64,000 bases of DNA, from assembly GCA_002633005.1 (NCBI GenBank), contig NMRA01000001.1:1397755-1461754 (forward strand). Reading direction: 5' to 3'. Shown here piece by piece: positions 13,999 to 28,900 of the stretch. The translations under genes and the position numbers were made by a program. Position 1 is the stretch's first letter. The number at the start of each line of letters is the position of its first letter. The stretch comes from Phoronis australis. Lineage: Eukaryota > Animalia > Phoronida. The notes beneath the pieces are model-generated. The model had not been told where the DNA came from, ran no database searches, and saw nothing but the letters and a program-made list of their open reading frames with translations.

Positions 13999-16900
13999 CT
14001 AAAAATAAAAGTAAAACCAATTTTCACGTATGCACGTCTGTTGTGGCATGTATTGTCGCACTTAACCCTTGTTGTGGCTAGGGCGACAATATGTGCCAGA
14101 AACGATGAAATATGCCGTCAATATAGACACATGTTGTCGTCCGGGCGGCAATATGTATCGGGTTCGACAATATGTCTAATGAACAATGTATTCAAAAGGT
14201 AGTCTGCTTATCAATGTTTATACACAAGGGCGGATTCAGAGACAGACTGAGGCCTAGAAAATTTTAAGAAACGCAAAATGAAGTTGTTAATTAAGTTGAA
14301 CGGGGGAAGAATCGGGACTGGATGGTTGTTAACAACGTCTCACGCCAGCCTCTTATTATTTGCGGGTAGCTTTGATTTTGGGATACTAAAGACGTATTTT
14401 ACTCCCTTCCCCCTACTCGATCTCTAAATCCTTATTTCCACTCCCAGAAACATCCTCCCCGGGGGAGTCTTTTGTTGTAGTTTGGATTTGTTCATCCCTT
14501 CACGTAGGCTTATACATGTACACAGTATAACAAACTTGATGACCTACTGTACAGGCGCACAGCCTTGCAATTTTGTTAAAGATGAACGCCTTTAGGGGGT
14601 GACAATATGTGCCAACATCTATAGTCGCATTCTTCACATATTATCGGCCCTTGGGGTCGGTAACAATATGTGCCGGATGCGATAATATATGTCGTGAACA
14701 CCGACACATATTGTCGCCAGGACGACGATATGTAGAGTGCGTCAATAATTGTTACAACAACGTCTACATTTACGTGTATGGCAAATACCCAGCCGCCGCC
14801 GCCGCCGCCGCAGCTGCTGCTGCTGCTGCCAGGGCTTCTGCTGCTGCTGAAAATCATCCCGAGTTCCTTTTACAGCATACCTGGGTTGTCTGCTTTAAAC
14901 CTGATGACGACATAGCCACCTGCCGGAACTACGACGGTGTCTTTTTTCACAGGGTTCTTCGTGTTGAGTCCAACCGGGTGACCCTCTGCCCAAGCTTAAA
15001 AATGAAGTGGTGATTATCGCGAGATCGCTAATATTTCTTTGTTTCATGTGTAAATCAGAAGTAAAATAAAACATCCCGCATGAAATACAGTAAATCAAAA
15101 CCAACATCAAAGTCGTAGTTCAATTGTGAAATGCCCGGAAGAGCAAAGTTTCACTTTAATTTGGTAAATGACCAATTATACAACTAACGCTTGCATTGTA
15201 TTTCGTATAAAACATTATTGCCAAAGGGTTTTCTATTTTTCAAGACAAATGCCTTGTTGCAAATATTGACTTTCAATCAAATATTTTAACATCAGATAAT
15301 TATGCAGTTCTAATGACAAAGATTGAATTTATCACGGAATCTTAAAAAAATGAAAGCCCGCTTTTCCGCCGTGATTGTGTGTTGCCTATCGAAAACTATA
15401 GAAAATTTAAAGCTTGAACGGTTCACCTGCATCAATGCACGTCTTCGAGCCTTTTCTAAGACACTTCAGGTCGGGATTGTTGGAGATAAGTCGGCCATCC
15501 TCATTGTACACCGGGTGTCCTTCCTTGAGCACGTAGAAACTGTAACCATGGAGATGGACCGGGTGTTGCATACCACCTTGGAATATGAAAGTTTGGTATT
15601 CATTAGTAAGCAATGAGTGTTTACTTTCTCTGCGCATATGCTAATTCTTCTTTTCAAAGGATAAAATGTTTTGAACAATGTTATTTTCCCAATCAATCAT
15701 CAGGTGAATAAAATTTATCAAGGCTGAAAATCGCCAAAACACAAATGGTAAGTACGTCTTTTTGAGATTATGGAATGCATCACAAAGAAGAACAAAATGC
15801 AATTCGTCTTCAACAGAGTTGCTCGTATAGAAAGGGCGTGTTCTATCGCCATAACCAATTTTTAAATACCTAGCAGTCTCAACTAGTAGACTATGGTGTC
15901 CATGACGAAATATCGAGGTGGTTTGGATGAAAACACGTGGCAAACTAAATTTTATGCATTGTTCTACTGCGGAGATTTCCTTAAACTTCCTAAAATAGGG
16001 AAGCTTTCTGTTATTATGAATATATGAATACCAACTACGGTCGTTTATTCGTTATGGTTTCAGAATACTTAGTGGAAAACGTATTTTAAACTGGAATTTA
16101 ACCAGTATTACATAACACCTAGTATACAGAGGGTACCTCCCACATTCACTTAAAACTGCAACATTGGAGCAGGCAGTTCCTACTCCAACAATCACTACAA
16201 AAACGCAAATGAACCATTTTAATGATATCGTACCAGAACCCCTCAGAGAATTTCTTTTCTTCGTTTTTGGTGACGACACCGTCCAGACACGTTGGCTGGT
16301 AAACAACCACTTTTCACCAGTGACTTTTCTAATTTGCAGAGTTTTGACAGGCTCAATGCAATGTCTCTCAGTACGTGGTAATCGCATTCAAATGGTGGCT
16401 TTGGGATGAAAACTGCTCACTGGGAGTACTTTTGTTTTTAGTAACCGGTTGCACTTCCGTTAGTGGGAAAAGATGGAAAACGTGACTTTGGGATGAGTTT
16501 CAAAGGATTTTGTCCTTGGTTTCTGAAGTCTTTGGCCCAATGTATTGTTCATATCTGTAGGTTTTATGCACCCTGCCGAACAGACTGTTGGAGTTGTTCA
16601 AACATGGTTTTTGAAGCTCAAAATCAGCAAAAACTGTCGTGTCATTTTTGTGTACTTATATACGCGATGGTGAATTACACAGTTATGCTGCGTAAAGTGA
16701 AGGAAAATATGTGTCAAAATGCAAGCTGAAGCTCGCTTGTAAGCTGACAGCATGCCAGATTCGTTCACCTAGTGCTCTAGTCGAAGCCAAACTGCAGAGG
16801 CTCAATGAAGATCAGCAACCGAAGTTCGCCGACCAAACGCGGGATCGTCTAGGTTTGAAAACCCGCCTTAAGTTCAAGAAATCGTCAAATAATTGCTGCA

Positions 16901-19900
16901 AGATTTTCGTCACACAACTTTCGACGAATATTTATATTTTCATTCATTTTATCTCAACAAGATGTTGCCTTTCACTTATTCGAAGGTGACCTGCTGACCT
17001 ACAAATTACTCGATCTACCTGCGGTGAATTGCCTGATCGGCTTTGGACAACGCGCTTCGTCAAATTTCGGTGTTAAAATACGCTATTTACTTCTTTCCAC
17101 ACTGATAAACTTAGCATTATTTTGTAAAAATTAAACTAAAGATGGAAACTTTAAAACATTACTGCCGCTGCCCCGGCCGTAAAGCATAGTTTGAAACTAA
17201 AATCGAGAAGAAAACGGCGTCTGGCGACTACATATTTTGGAACAGTAAAACGTCTTAATGTGAAAACAGTATCTCTCAGTCGGATTTTTTATTAGAACTT
17301 TCGTTTTATTCATATTTAACTGGAAATCAAGTGCCGTTTGATGAATACGAGAGAAAAACTTATTCCCTTTCAATGTCCCTTTCAGAAAACGACATGACAT
17401 TTTTGACAAAAACGCATTATCACTTATCAACGAGACTCGCACAATGTCGTGAATACCGTGAAGAGACTTTTCCAAACTAATAGGTTCACAAAATTATATG
17501 CTTTTATGGGTTGGAAGTCGCTGATTACTTATATTTCAAGAAGAAGACACCATTTTAATTGGGTTTACAGTGGCGGATTTAGAGGGGGCCAAGGGGGCCA
17601 TGCCCCGCTAAAACTCTCCCAGATTCCATTTGGCATTTGGGGGGNTGGTTTCTGAAGTCTTTGGCCCAATGTATTGTTCATATCTGTAGGTTTTATGCAC
17701 CCTGCCGAACAGACTGTTGGAGTTGTTCAAACATGGTTTTTGAAGCTCAAAATCAGCAAAAACTGTCGTGTCACTTTTTGTGTACTTATACACGCGATGG
17801 TGAATTACACAGTTATGCCGCGTAAAGTGAAGGAAAATATGTGTCAAAATGCAAGCTGAAGCTCGCTTGTAAGCCGACAGCATGCCGGATTCGTTCACCT
17901 AGTGCTCTAGTCGAAGCCAAACTGCAGTGTCGAAGAGGCTCAATGAAGATCAGCAACCGAAGTTCGCCGACCAAACGCGGGATCGTCTAGGTTAGAAAAC
18001 CCGCCTTAAGTTCAACAAAACGTCAAATAATTGCTGCAAGATTTTCGTCACACAACTTTCGACGAATATTTATATTTTCATTCATTTTATCTCAACAAGA
18101 TGTTGCCTGTCACTTATTCGAAGGTGACCTGCTGACCTACAAATTACTCGATCTACCTGCGGTGAATTGCCTGATCGGCTTTGGACAACGCGCTTCGTCA
18201 AATTTCGGTGTTAAAATACACTATTTACTTCTTTCCACGTTGATAAACTTAGCGTTATTTTGTAAAAATTAAACTAAAGATGGAAACTTTAAAACATTAC
18301 TGCCGCTGCCCCGGCCGTAAAGCATAGTTTGAAACTAAAATCGAGAAGAAAACGGCGTCTGGCGACTACATATTTTGGAACAGTAAAACGTCTTAAGTTA
18401 ATGTGAAAACAGTATCTCACAGTCGGATTTTTTATTAGAACTTTCGTTTTATTCATATTTAACTGAAAATCAAGTGCCGTTTGATGAATACGAGGGAAAA
18501 ACTTATTCCCTTTCAATGCCCCTTTCAGAAAACGACATGACATTTTTGACAAAAACGCATTATCACTTATCAACGAGACTCGCACAATGTCGTGAATACC
18601 GTGAAGAGACTTTTCCAGACTAATAGGTTCACAAAATTATATGCTTTTATGGGTTGGAAGTCGCTGATTACTTATATTTCAAGAAGAAGACACCATTTTA
18701 ATTGGGGTTACAGTGGCGGATTTAGAGGGGGCCAAGGGGGCCATGTCCCCCTAAAACTCTCCCAGATTCCATTTGGCATTTGGGGGGGTGCGAATGTCTG
18801 ACGAGCAAAATTCTGGCTAATACTCTGCCCTGCCTCCCCCCTCTAACATAAAATCCTGGATCCGCCCCTGGGTTACACGTAACCTTAAGTAAACGGGCCG
18901 GTATTGAAAGGTGATAAGTCGGCTAATTTGAAATGTCATTGCAGTTAAAAAGATCCCAGGCATTTCCTCCCCAAAGCAAGTATGGACTGTCTAATACTTA
19001 GTTCAGTCCAAGGTATCGATGATTAATTTCAGTGAGCGCAACCTAGTTTAGGACTACAAGACGAGATAAAAACCTTTATCAAAGTTGTAGAGCACCATCT
19101 GTACCACTTCGTTTTCCTTGATAGACAGCGTGTGTGTGCAGTTACAATGACCCTCCTCTTCACACGCATACTCGTTACATTCATGCTTTAAGGGTCTTCC
19201 AGGGTTGGTCTTAAGAATATAGTAAACAGTTATCATAAATGCAGCGAAACAGACTAAGTATCATGGCCCGGCTTTGATCTTTTTACTTGAAATCGAACTC
19301 ATAATTATTTTTAGCATTTTCAGTTCTACTTTCCTGAGATCTCAAGATAAGTGTTTCTCACATGACCTGGAGTGTGTTACGACACGACTGGTTAATAACA
19401 CCGAGTACGTATTTTTTGATATTACATGGGCGAATCACAAAGTAGTGCAAAGTAGAAATCCATACGCCTTACATTTTATCGTCCGCAAAACACCAAAACA
19501 ACCAAACGCGCGGTAACAAAATTATGCCGGAAGGGGACAAGGGTATGATTGACAAATCGGTTATCGCAACTGTACGTACTCCGGGTAGAAAGGACCTGCA
19601 AACAACTCCTTAAACGGGCCCATCTTCCGCGGCGAATTCCATATCGATGTTCTTTCAGACAGAGACGAACCCCAACTCAAAGAAACGCGGTGCATGCGAT
19701 TATGTAGTTGTGCTGTCCCAAGATCAATTCAGTACTCAGGCGCGGGGAAGCCCTCTTGGTTGTGTTATTTATAAACATTTGTTAAATATAGGGGGATAAC
19801 GACTGAGAACATGTAATAATCTATTTATACCACATACTGAACGAGAAACATTGCAATGAATCGATCTACCTTTCTCGACTCGCATCGTCTTTGTAACTAC

Positions 19901-22900
19901 TTTCTATGTCAGAGGCCCGGGGTCGGAGGTCCTGGCCTTTTAAGAAAAGCCGAGATATTTTTGTAAAATAATGCTTTTACTCAAAACCAATTGAAAAATA
20001 AAACAAAATAGAAGTAAAGTGAATCTATAAATTAAGGTTTAGCAACTGTTGTAGCTTACTGCACATTTTATCTCGCTAAGCTTCGACCGGGAATATATCG
20101 TCTGCTAAAGTAGGTTACCACTAGTAACTGACTATAATGCTCAAGTCAAAGGATCCCGACCACACGACACCTGCATGCAAATTGGAGATCGGTGATTTAC
20201 AAGTGAGGGAACACGAGAGAAAAATTTAATTGAATTAAAGTATCGTTTTTATGGAAATTATGCGTCTTATTTTTCATAGCGTATTATTGTCGCTGCAATG
20301 CCCTTTGCTGAACATGCGATTGTTGCGCGTGCTCATTTAAGTATTCTATTTTCATGTTCGATGACGTCAGCCGCTGAGTGTTGTAGTGGCAAAGTCGGCG
20401 ACTCGCAACTGTAGAGGCCCGGGTTCGAATCCGGTCTCGGTTTCCCGCCAAAATGTTATCTCACTATTGAGATAACTTTATGGGTTATTACACGGTTTTG
20501 TCTGCCATTCGAGGCTAATATTGTGGTATAAGTTTTATTATACTACAATATTAGCGTCAAATGGAAGATACATCCGTGTAATAAGCCACAAAGTTATCTC
20601 ACTAGTGAGATAACGATTTGGCGGGAAACCGAGGACGGAGTCGAACCCGGAACCCTGGAATTGCTGGTCGCCGACTTTACCACTACACCATGCAGCGACT
20701 GACGTCATCAAGAGTGAAAATAGAATACTTAAATGAGCACGCACAATAATCACATGTTCAACAAACAGCATTGTACTGTACTTATACGCTACGAAAAATA
20801 AGACACATAATTTCCATAAAAATGATATCTTAATTCAGTGAAATTTTTCTCTCATGTCCTCTTACTTGTAAATCACCAATCTCCAGTTTGAATGCGGGTA
20901 TCGTGTCGTCAGGATCTTTGACTTGAGAATTATATTCAGTTACCAGTGGTAACCTACTTTAGCAGACGATAATTTCCCGGTCGAAGCTTAGCTTGAAAAA
21001 ACGTGTTTTAAGCTATAATAGTTGGTAAACCTTAATTTATAAATTCAATTTATTTTTATTATATTTAAGTTTCCAATTGGTTTTGAGTAAAAGCATTATT
21101 TGACAAAAATAGCCCGGCTTTTCTTAAAAGGTCACGAACTCCGACCCCGGGCCTCTGACATAGAAAGTAGTTACAAAGCCGTGGAGAGTCAGAAAAGGTA
21201 AATCGATTCATTGCAATGTTTCTCGTTCAGTATGTGGTATAAATAGATTACTACATGTTCTAAGTCGTTATCCCCTTTATCTAGAGCCCTCGTGGATTTT
21301 GGAGAATTATCGTCACTCGGACTCTAGATAACGGGGGATAACGACTTCGCCATGTAATAATCTATATATATTACAACTTCAAAGACCATGTATTAAAACT
21401 TGAATATTGTTACGAAATCTGAATGCAGTTTACAATTGGTAAGTTTAAAATAAAAACAAAAAGTAACGTGTTTTTTCAAAAGTGGCGTCATGTGATTGAA
21501 AATTTTAGACACATCGAGTTTTTCGGCAAAAAAGTTCGTTTTTACGGTTCATGTGAGAAGCCTAGGGATTTTGACGAAATTTCCAAGAGGTTTTGCCCGC
21601 GTCATAAACCTGAGACGAGTGTAGGATTCTCTATTCAACAGTCTGTGCTCGAATGCATAATAGTTAGCGAGAATAACTGCCTAACCCTAACTTGCACTTG
21701 ACGAACCCCTTCATTAAAGCTAAGAGTTCCAGTCTGAACTCAAAATTTTGAGTTTTTCACAACGAAAAATATTTCGATTTCGAGTACAAAGATTAGGCCC
21801 TTGGTCATGAAACGCAGATGATTCTACATTAAGGTATTTCCTAGAAATACTACGTGATATGACCGAAATAATTAGGCATGATTGTTTGTTGTGAATTTAG
21901 GACTACGTTGTACGATGCGGTTTTTAACGTACTACTATAAAACCTGGGCACTGGGGTTTAGGTCTAATCTCGACTAAGCTCACAAATTTGTACTCGAAAA
22001 ATGCAACGGGATTCGAGGTTGAGTCTGAGTCGAGTGTCAGTTCGGAAATTACACTCTGGACCGTGGTCGAATAGACCTCATGCATTTTGAGTACATTCAA
22101 AAAAGATCTTGATTATACGACTTTGGATATCATTATATTCCTCGGATATAAGGCAGTTCCGTTTTTGAAGTATCGCCAAATTGTAACAGTTAACAATTCG
22201 TTAGCCATGAAATCATTGAATAGGTAGGAGAAAAACACAAAAGAACGCAACTTGTGTTGCAAATTTCATCTCTTTTTTTCACGTCAGAATGCAAACGACC
22301 CGAATACACGACCACTGCGTGATATTCAAAAATAAGGCCAACCTCGAACAGGAGGTCATGACTTTACTTTACAGATTAACGGAACATGATTTTGCGCGTT
22401 AGAACATGAGGATCTTTCTGGTGCGTTTGAATTTTGATCAAGTTTGGAAACAAAATGCTTACCAAATAGTATGCGCCAGCGGCTAAGTGAAGAGCGATTT
22501 TAAAGTACTATCTTGTTTCAAAGGCAACTATTCGCTTACTCCGCCCTAATTATACATTTGAGACATTTGTAGGCATTAAAATTTGTAGGCGTATATACAT
22601 CGACGACTGTTGTAAAAGCTTGCGAATTATTGTCAGTAAGGGAAATTATCTTGATTTTTTGTATAAACTGAAAACTTGATGAACTTTCGGAATACATAAA
22701 CAACTACTTTTAACAGTTTCATGGACTTCCCAAAGGTCTTTGATATGTCAGATTGAAAGAGAAATTTAAAACAGAAATGTTCAAAACATACGCTTCTACA
22801 ATTCGTGTCTCCCAAATACTTTAAAGCTGCATTTAGTTACGCTTAATAGGTGCTCCTTACGTCACAGAATGCTGAAATGGAAATGTTTCTTACCAGAGGA

Positions 22901-25900
22901 GGTGAGTCGGGAAAAACAAATCGTCGTCCGTTGACAGTTGACCTGGAGCGTTTGTAGATTGGGTTTTCTAAAAATTAAACACGTCATTATTCTGACTCTT
23001 GATAATGTGCAAAATCTCTACCCTACTTGCATAGTGATGTGAAATCAGTCACGTTATATGTGACACATGTCCTGCACACAAATTCAAATATGTTTGAAAT
23101 ATGAAAATTGCTTTATCCATTTTTGGTAGATTTGGACGAGTACTGATTAATATTTGACTTGTTTCAAAAGAAAAAAATCCACTCCACCTTCAAGGCGTTC
23201 TTCCAGGGGCCTTAGGCTTACTCTTGTCCATTTAGCAAAAGTTGTATCGAGACTTTTCAACTTTGTTCTAAACTTTCGAGGACTAGTTCAAAGAGCTATG
23301 TGGACTAGTCAATTTTATCGTTGAGTTGATTTAGCCTTTAAAATAAACAAATGTTAAACTATAATGCAATCCGAAATTCATTAAATAGTAAACTTCAAGT
23401 GAGAACAGTTAGCAAGCTCTGGACTAAAAATTTCGACATATCACATTCTGCATACCATATATGCGCGTGAGGCTCACGCGCCTATGTTCCAAACTTGAAT
23501 GCTTTATCAAAGACTTTTTTCACATGCGCCTAAGTTTCACTTATAGGTGCAGTTAGCCAGCCAGGTAGCTGTATGAAAACTGTCGTCAAAATACACACAG
23601 TGAAAATTAAGAACAAAATCTTAATCTATAGCCCCCCCCTCCCTCTTTAAATATCGCGTTCGGACCTACATAATGTACTGTTGTCCCTTACGTCACATTA
23701 ATGCGCAACGGGGACAGATATGGTGCCCAAAGGCACGACTTATAAAACAATGTGACCTCACTTGAAAAGTGCCAGTTCAGAAATATGTCGTCACGGTCGG
23801 ACTCCCCGACATCTTGGTCAGCGTTTCTCGTGCAGTTTGTGATATGTACGCATTCCAAGCCAGTCTGCGGGGGATATTTCCTATGTACCAGTGCGAAAGG
23901 TAAAATGTAGCGTAACACTAAACATATACCAAGAACAAGGTTGAGGATGATAAAAATAAACAAATCGTTTTACAGCTGTTGGCAGGAATACTTACCCGTA
24001 TTTTTTGTGACTTCACCTGAAATTGTTTGTGCCATTTGCCACTGCAGCATTTTAATCGCATTTTTATTCAACTGAAATACGCTTCCTCGGTATTCTCCAC
24101 AATGGGTTGTGTGGGTCGAGATGCGTATTCTTTAAAAACAGAAGTCCATGTCTCAAGTCAAGTGGTAGTCAAGCGTGCTGATTTGGGAAACCTTCAGCAA
24201 ACATTCTTCAGTGCTTATTTGACTTGGCGGAGGCAACAGAACAGTGTTTTATTTCAAATATTCAAATTATCTAGAGGTAGTTTATATCAGGAAATAAAAC
24301 ATACTTAGTATCAATTTAAGGTAACATTGGGACTTAGGCACCAATTTGGGCAAAATGAGCACACACATAGTTTCCATGGGCTAGAGGTGCTTTTATTCAA
24401 CATCAGGTGACTCACCCGTAAGGACAGTTGAATACTTTACATGGCAAGTCCGATGAGCAATTTCTAGTTGAACTTATTAAGTTCTTGTCGTCCGCGTTAT
24501 TGTAACGAAGAATACTAAAATGCTTGATGGGCTGAACTGGTGTCTAAAGTGAAAACAAATATGATAACATCGCTTTAGTGGCAATTTATGACATCCAATC
24601 TTTGAAGTTGCATTTCGTCGTTTTCAGGTGGCTACAAATGAAAATCGAATAAAGCCTTTGACTCTCATTAAATTAATCTCACAACATTCCTTATCGTGAC
24701 AGGATTCTAATAACGAACAAGAACATCGAAACCATCAGCGACTGAAGAACACGCTTCAGAGTTTATTGGGTTTAAGCAACTATACAATCAGCGCATGCAT
24801 TGCCTGGGACTTGAGTTGCCGGCTCATTTGGCAGCAATTCAATACCGGTGAGGGTGGTAATGTTTTAAACCCACGAAATTAAATATTTACAGCTAAACAG
24901 CGACGAAATGCTATATTAATTGGATGTTGATATAATACGTACCCAGACAAGAACCTTAGAGCTGTAAGTTCTGAAATGGCCATTCGAATTTTATTCCAAA
25001 TTAACTGATCACGGCCCAAGAGAAACGTACTAGATTAATGAGACAAATGTTTGACTCGAAAGTCATGGAACAATACTTTGATACAAAACTCTTTTTTAAT
25101 TTTAAACAAATCAAAGTCGTGTCCAACTTACCTTTGTATTAAATGTCATGACCTCGAGCGTTTCGGATCGAATCCAGTACTTTCCAGTTTTTTGTGTGGC
25201 GTTGATATAGAAATCAAATCTCTCGCCAGGAGTGATGATAATGTATTGAACTTTTATTTCGGAAAACTCGTGGCCGTCACTCGCTATTACATAAAGGTCA
25301 TGCTGAAAATGTTGACGTTAAATAATTAATTGTCCCAACATTACATGAAGATTACAATTCAAACAATTCTGAACACTGTTTTACTGATGTCACTCAAAAC
25401 TTACAATTGCTATTGCATGATTATTACTCCCACGTAGGCACAACGTGGCTCCCACAACAGTCGACTCGCCCAAAGCCTGAGCTCGTGAATAAGTAAAAGA
25501 GTTCTGTGACCGGTTGCATGAAACAGTCATAAATAGGGATTCAACTAAGTTTCCTACGGTAATCTATAGCGTATTCATGAGCTTTTGAAAACACTCATTG
25601 TCGTGTTTTACTCTGTTTGAGTCTCATTACTAAGTCGTTTTTGGCTTCGATACAAATCGAGAGTCAAGTTAACGTTGAATTCTCAATATTATCGAAAACA
25701 AGTATGGAATTTGACCTTTTCATGCAACGCCCCTAATTTAAGGACTACTTCCCTAATTATTTTGACTGAATTAAAGGCACGGTTTCCAATTATATTACTT
25801 TGTCATTAGTCAAAGAAGAGCTGTGAGTACATAATGAAACAAATATGCAAAAGATTCAGGGAGCTTAGTTAATTCCCTATTTTGGACTGTTCGTTGCAAA

Positions 25901-28900
25901 CGGGAACGGAAACTTAATTCAGTTTTTTGCTGGTTTGCGAGAGTTATAGAGCATTATTTTCTTTCAAAGCTGTTTAGTCGCAGCTAATTTCTGTCATTTG
26001 ACTAAATTATGATTTAGTATTCTAAAAACGTTTCCAATATCGTAAATCCAATTTCCATTTTATTAATTTAAAAAGTTAAATTAGGACAATCATTTATAAA
26101 TTCTTGGTCCATACCTCATCAATAGAAATTTGGATAGAGTAATCAAAAGCAGCATTAATAACCCTGAACTTGTAACGATTCCCTGACACAACGTCATAGG
26201 TATCAAATGGTTTCTTTGGGTGCTCAGCATTCATCCTGTCTGGAAAGTAGTGACCTGTTACGAGAAAGTATGTTTGGGTAAACAATATTTCAGAGACGAT
26301 TCCCTCATCAACGCCGATCCTTTTTCTGTGAAGGCCCTCAGTTCATCTGTTCCGCATACACTCTTTCACGCACTCAAGACCATGCACACAAAGGGAGAAG
26401 AAACAACTGTCCAAAGTTCAAAGTCTGCTTGTGAGTTTGCCGGGAACTCGAGGGCGACCTGCGAAAAGAGTACGATAAATTATGAAGCAGTGCAAAGTCA
26501 GTCTCATTTCTTAAATTACTACGAACATGTGCCCTTCTGTACGACAGGAATAAAGACAAGTTAGACTAATCATTAACGCTGAGTATAACCTTATAGGTAT
26601 AAATGAATATATGTTGTTTTCTAATACTTGAAGGCGGCATCCACTAACTGAGAAGGTCAAGTTGCTTAATTTGCTTGCTTGATCCCTTAATTGCATCCGA
26701 TATATGAGCAGAGCCGTCTGATATTGTAACCGCTCAAAGTACATTAGGCTGGTTGAGGACGAACTATTGTAAACAATATGAGACAGAACAAATGAATTGT
26801 AAGTAGATTCCAGGTTATGTCCGGGGACTTTTCTGGATAAGGCTCTGAAGGGATCGAGAATTTACTATATCATCTTAAAAAGTTCCATACAATGCATGTT
26901 AAAAGACAGTTTGTTGTCAAAAAAGAATCAAGAAAGGTGGCTGCGGAGTAATTTTCGAGGCCCTAAAGTGTAATTGAAGAATAGTTATGTCTAGTTTTCC
27001 AATGTAGAGCTGCTAGACGGGGGACAGAATGTAATATCACAACATTTGGAGGCTTTAAAATACAGTCTCCATTTGTTTGACCATTCACAAAGCAAGTTAA
27101 GATCAGTCTGCAACCAGGCAGATTCGTCTGGAAGTTTCTTAGGGTGTCAACAACTGAGGCCATCGGAAAAGTCATTTATCAGTGACGAGCGGACCCAGCA
27201 CGCTGTCATGAGGAACATCGGCATACACAAACCCTCTGGGGATCCACCCAAGAGCACACCAGCATACACGATGACTAAGATAACGATGCAACGGTTGACG
27301 CAACTTCCCACATATACCGTATGATCTCAGCTTTAGTAACAAACTTCACGAGACATATCAAAGACGGAGGCTACGTCTAAATCACCGCTCTACTATTGTT
27401 TCCTTTTGCAAATTCAATGAATTGAGAGGCTTATATCCGAAGGAGCGTGCTTCTTATGAGCCGGTACCATGATGCCAATTTTGGAAGTACTTGGGAAAGC
27501 CTGGTAACGGGAACACGTTCAAAGGCCTCGAAAGCTGGTCAGAATTATAACTTTTACTCGACGTGTCAATATTCTTTAGAAGTTCAGCATGCGAAGTTTG
27601 GATGCCACAGATTTTCAATTGTGTTCTTGACTCAATTTGAGGAAACGACTGGCAAGGTTCCGCATGACATTTGCTGGACTCAGTTCAGCCTTTTCCAGTT
27701 AGATTGTGACATTCTTGCCAGTATCACCAAGCTAAAGACAACTGGAATGAGACCATATTTGATTTGCTAAGAATACCTTTAACAAGGATTCAATACGCCT
27801 TGGTATCCCTTGGTCTACTTGAAGTAGCACGGTGCTTACCTTTGTAATAGGAAATGAGATTTTCAACCTCAGCACATTGATTCTTGTAGCATTGAAATGT
27901 CACTGGACTGAACCCCTGATATAACCTGGCTCTCCAATTGAAGTAACTTTTTATGTGACTACTGAAACAAGGTTTGTTACGTTTGCTATAAGTCTTAATT
28001 TTGACAGGTATGTGGCATCTCAAATACACTTATATTAAAGTCATTTACATTTTGGTCAATGTCTTCAGAGGAGAATATTTTATCCAAGTCTATACCCGAC
28101 AGCTCTCTCGACATTATATCTCCAAATCACCTTGTTTATAGAAGTTTCCTTGCACATGTCACTGTCATGTCATGATAATCGGAGTCTCCAACAGGCGGCA
28201 TGACCTCATTGTAATGGAAAGGTCAATGCATTATGACGACAGATCCGTAACTCTGGTGGGCTGATCAACAGGTCGAATACATTGGCATGAAAGGAGAGCA
28301 TCTAGCAATTTAATTCCTGCCTAGTTGCGAATGTCATCACAGGAGCAAACTTTATTTCTGACATTTTAAAAAGACTCCATGGCCATAGACAAAGATACTA
28401 ACTAACTAGAAATGAAGATAAAAAATTCATCCACAAAGGTATACAATACTGCAAAAAGTGAAAAATTTAATAAGAAATAAGATCCTACATATCAGTTAAT
28501 GCGCTCATGTGTTTCCCTACTCTCACTGTACGTTACTGTTGATGGGAGGGTTTCTCACCGTTTCCATTAACTAGTAGAGATGTGATCTGGGGTGCAATCG
28601 AAACGACGCTGCCATCTTGCTGGGCCATCATGTTGTAACATCCAGAATTAACATCCCCATAACCTCTACGATCTTTGTACCTTGAATTACAAGAGGGATA
28701 GAACGGTGGCTTATAGCTACTAGATTTCCGTGCATAAATACAATACCTAACTCGAAGTTTCACGTTAACATGCCATGACTAGTTTGTTTACCACTGTATG
28801 ATGCACTTTTTCAAAGAGAAGGGTCGCATTCTTCCACTTGGCCCACTAGCCAGCTTACGGATGCCGCACCGCCAATCTTTGTTCCTGAGTGAGACGCTCC

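Larger units (their letters stand above)
19791..21360. mobile_element. Foldback element: ~740 bp inverted arms (19791-20531 / 20538-21275), 6-nt loop, plus extra terminal segment to ~21360
   Basis: The arms align as reverse complements along their whole length, with scattered mismatches. Confidence 0.92.

Noticed and set aside
14609-15013. 134 aa poly-Ala ORF on +
   Set aside because: A trinucleotide repeat plus the antisense of laccase exon 14.
20370-20450. Functional tRNA-Ala gene
   Set aside because: Acceptor and anticodon stems do not pair; kept only as a tRNA-derived module.
23996-24130. Exon-like segment with a strong GTAAGT donor between laccase exons 9 and 10
   Set aside because: Exons 9 and 10 already join in phase (CPYG-KYPP); no frame gives laccase-like sequence.
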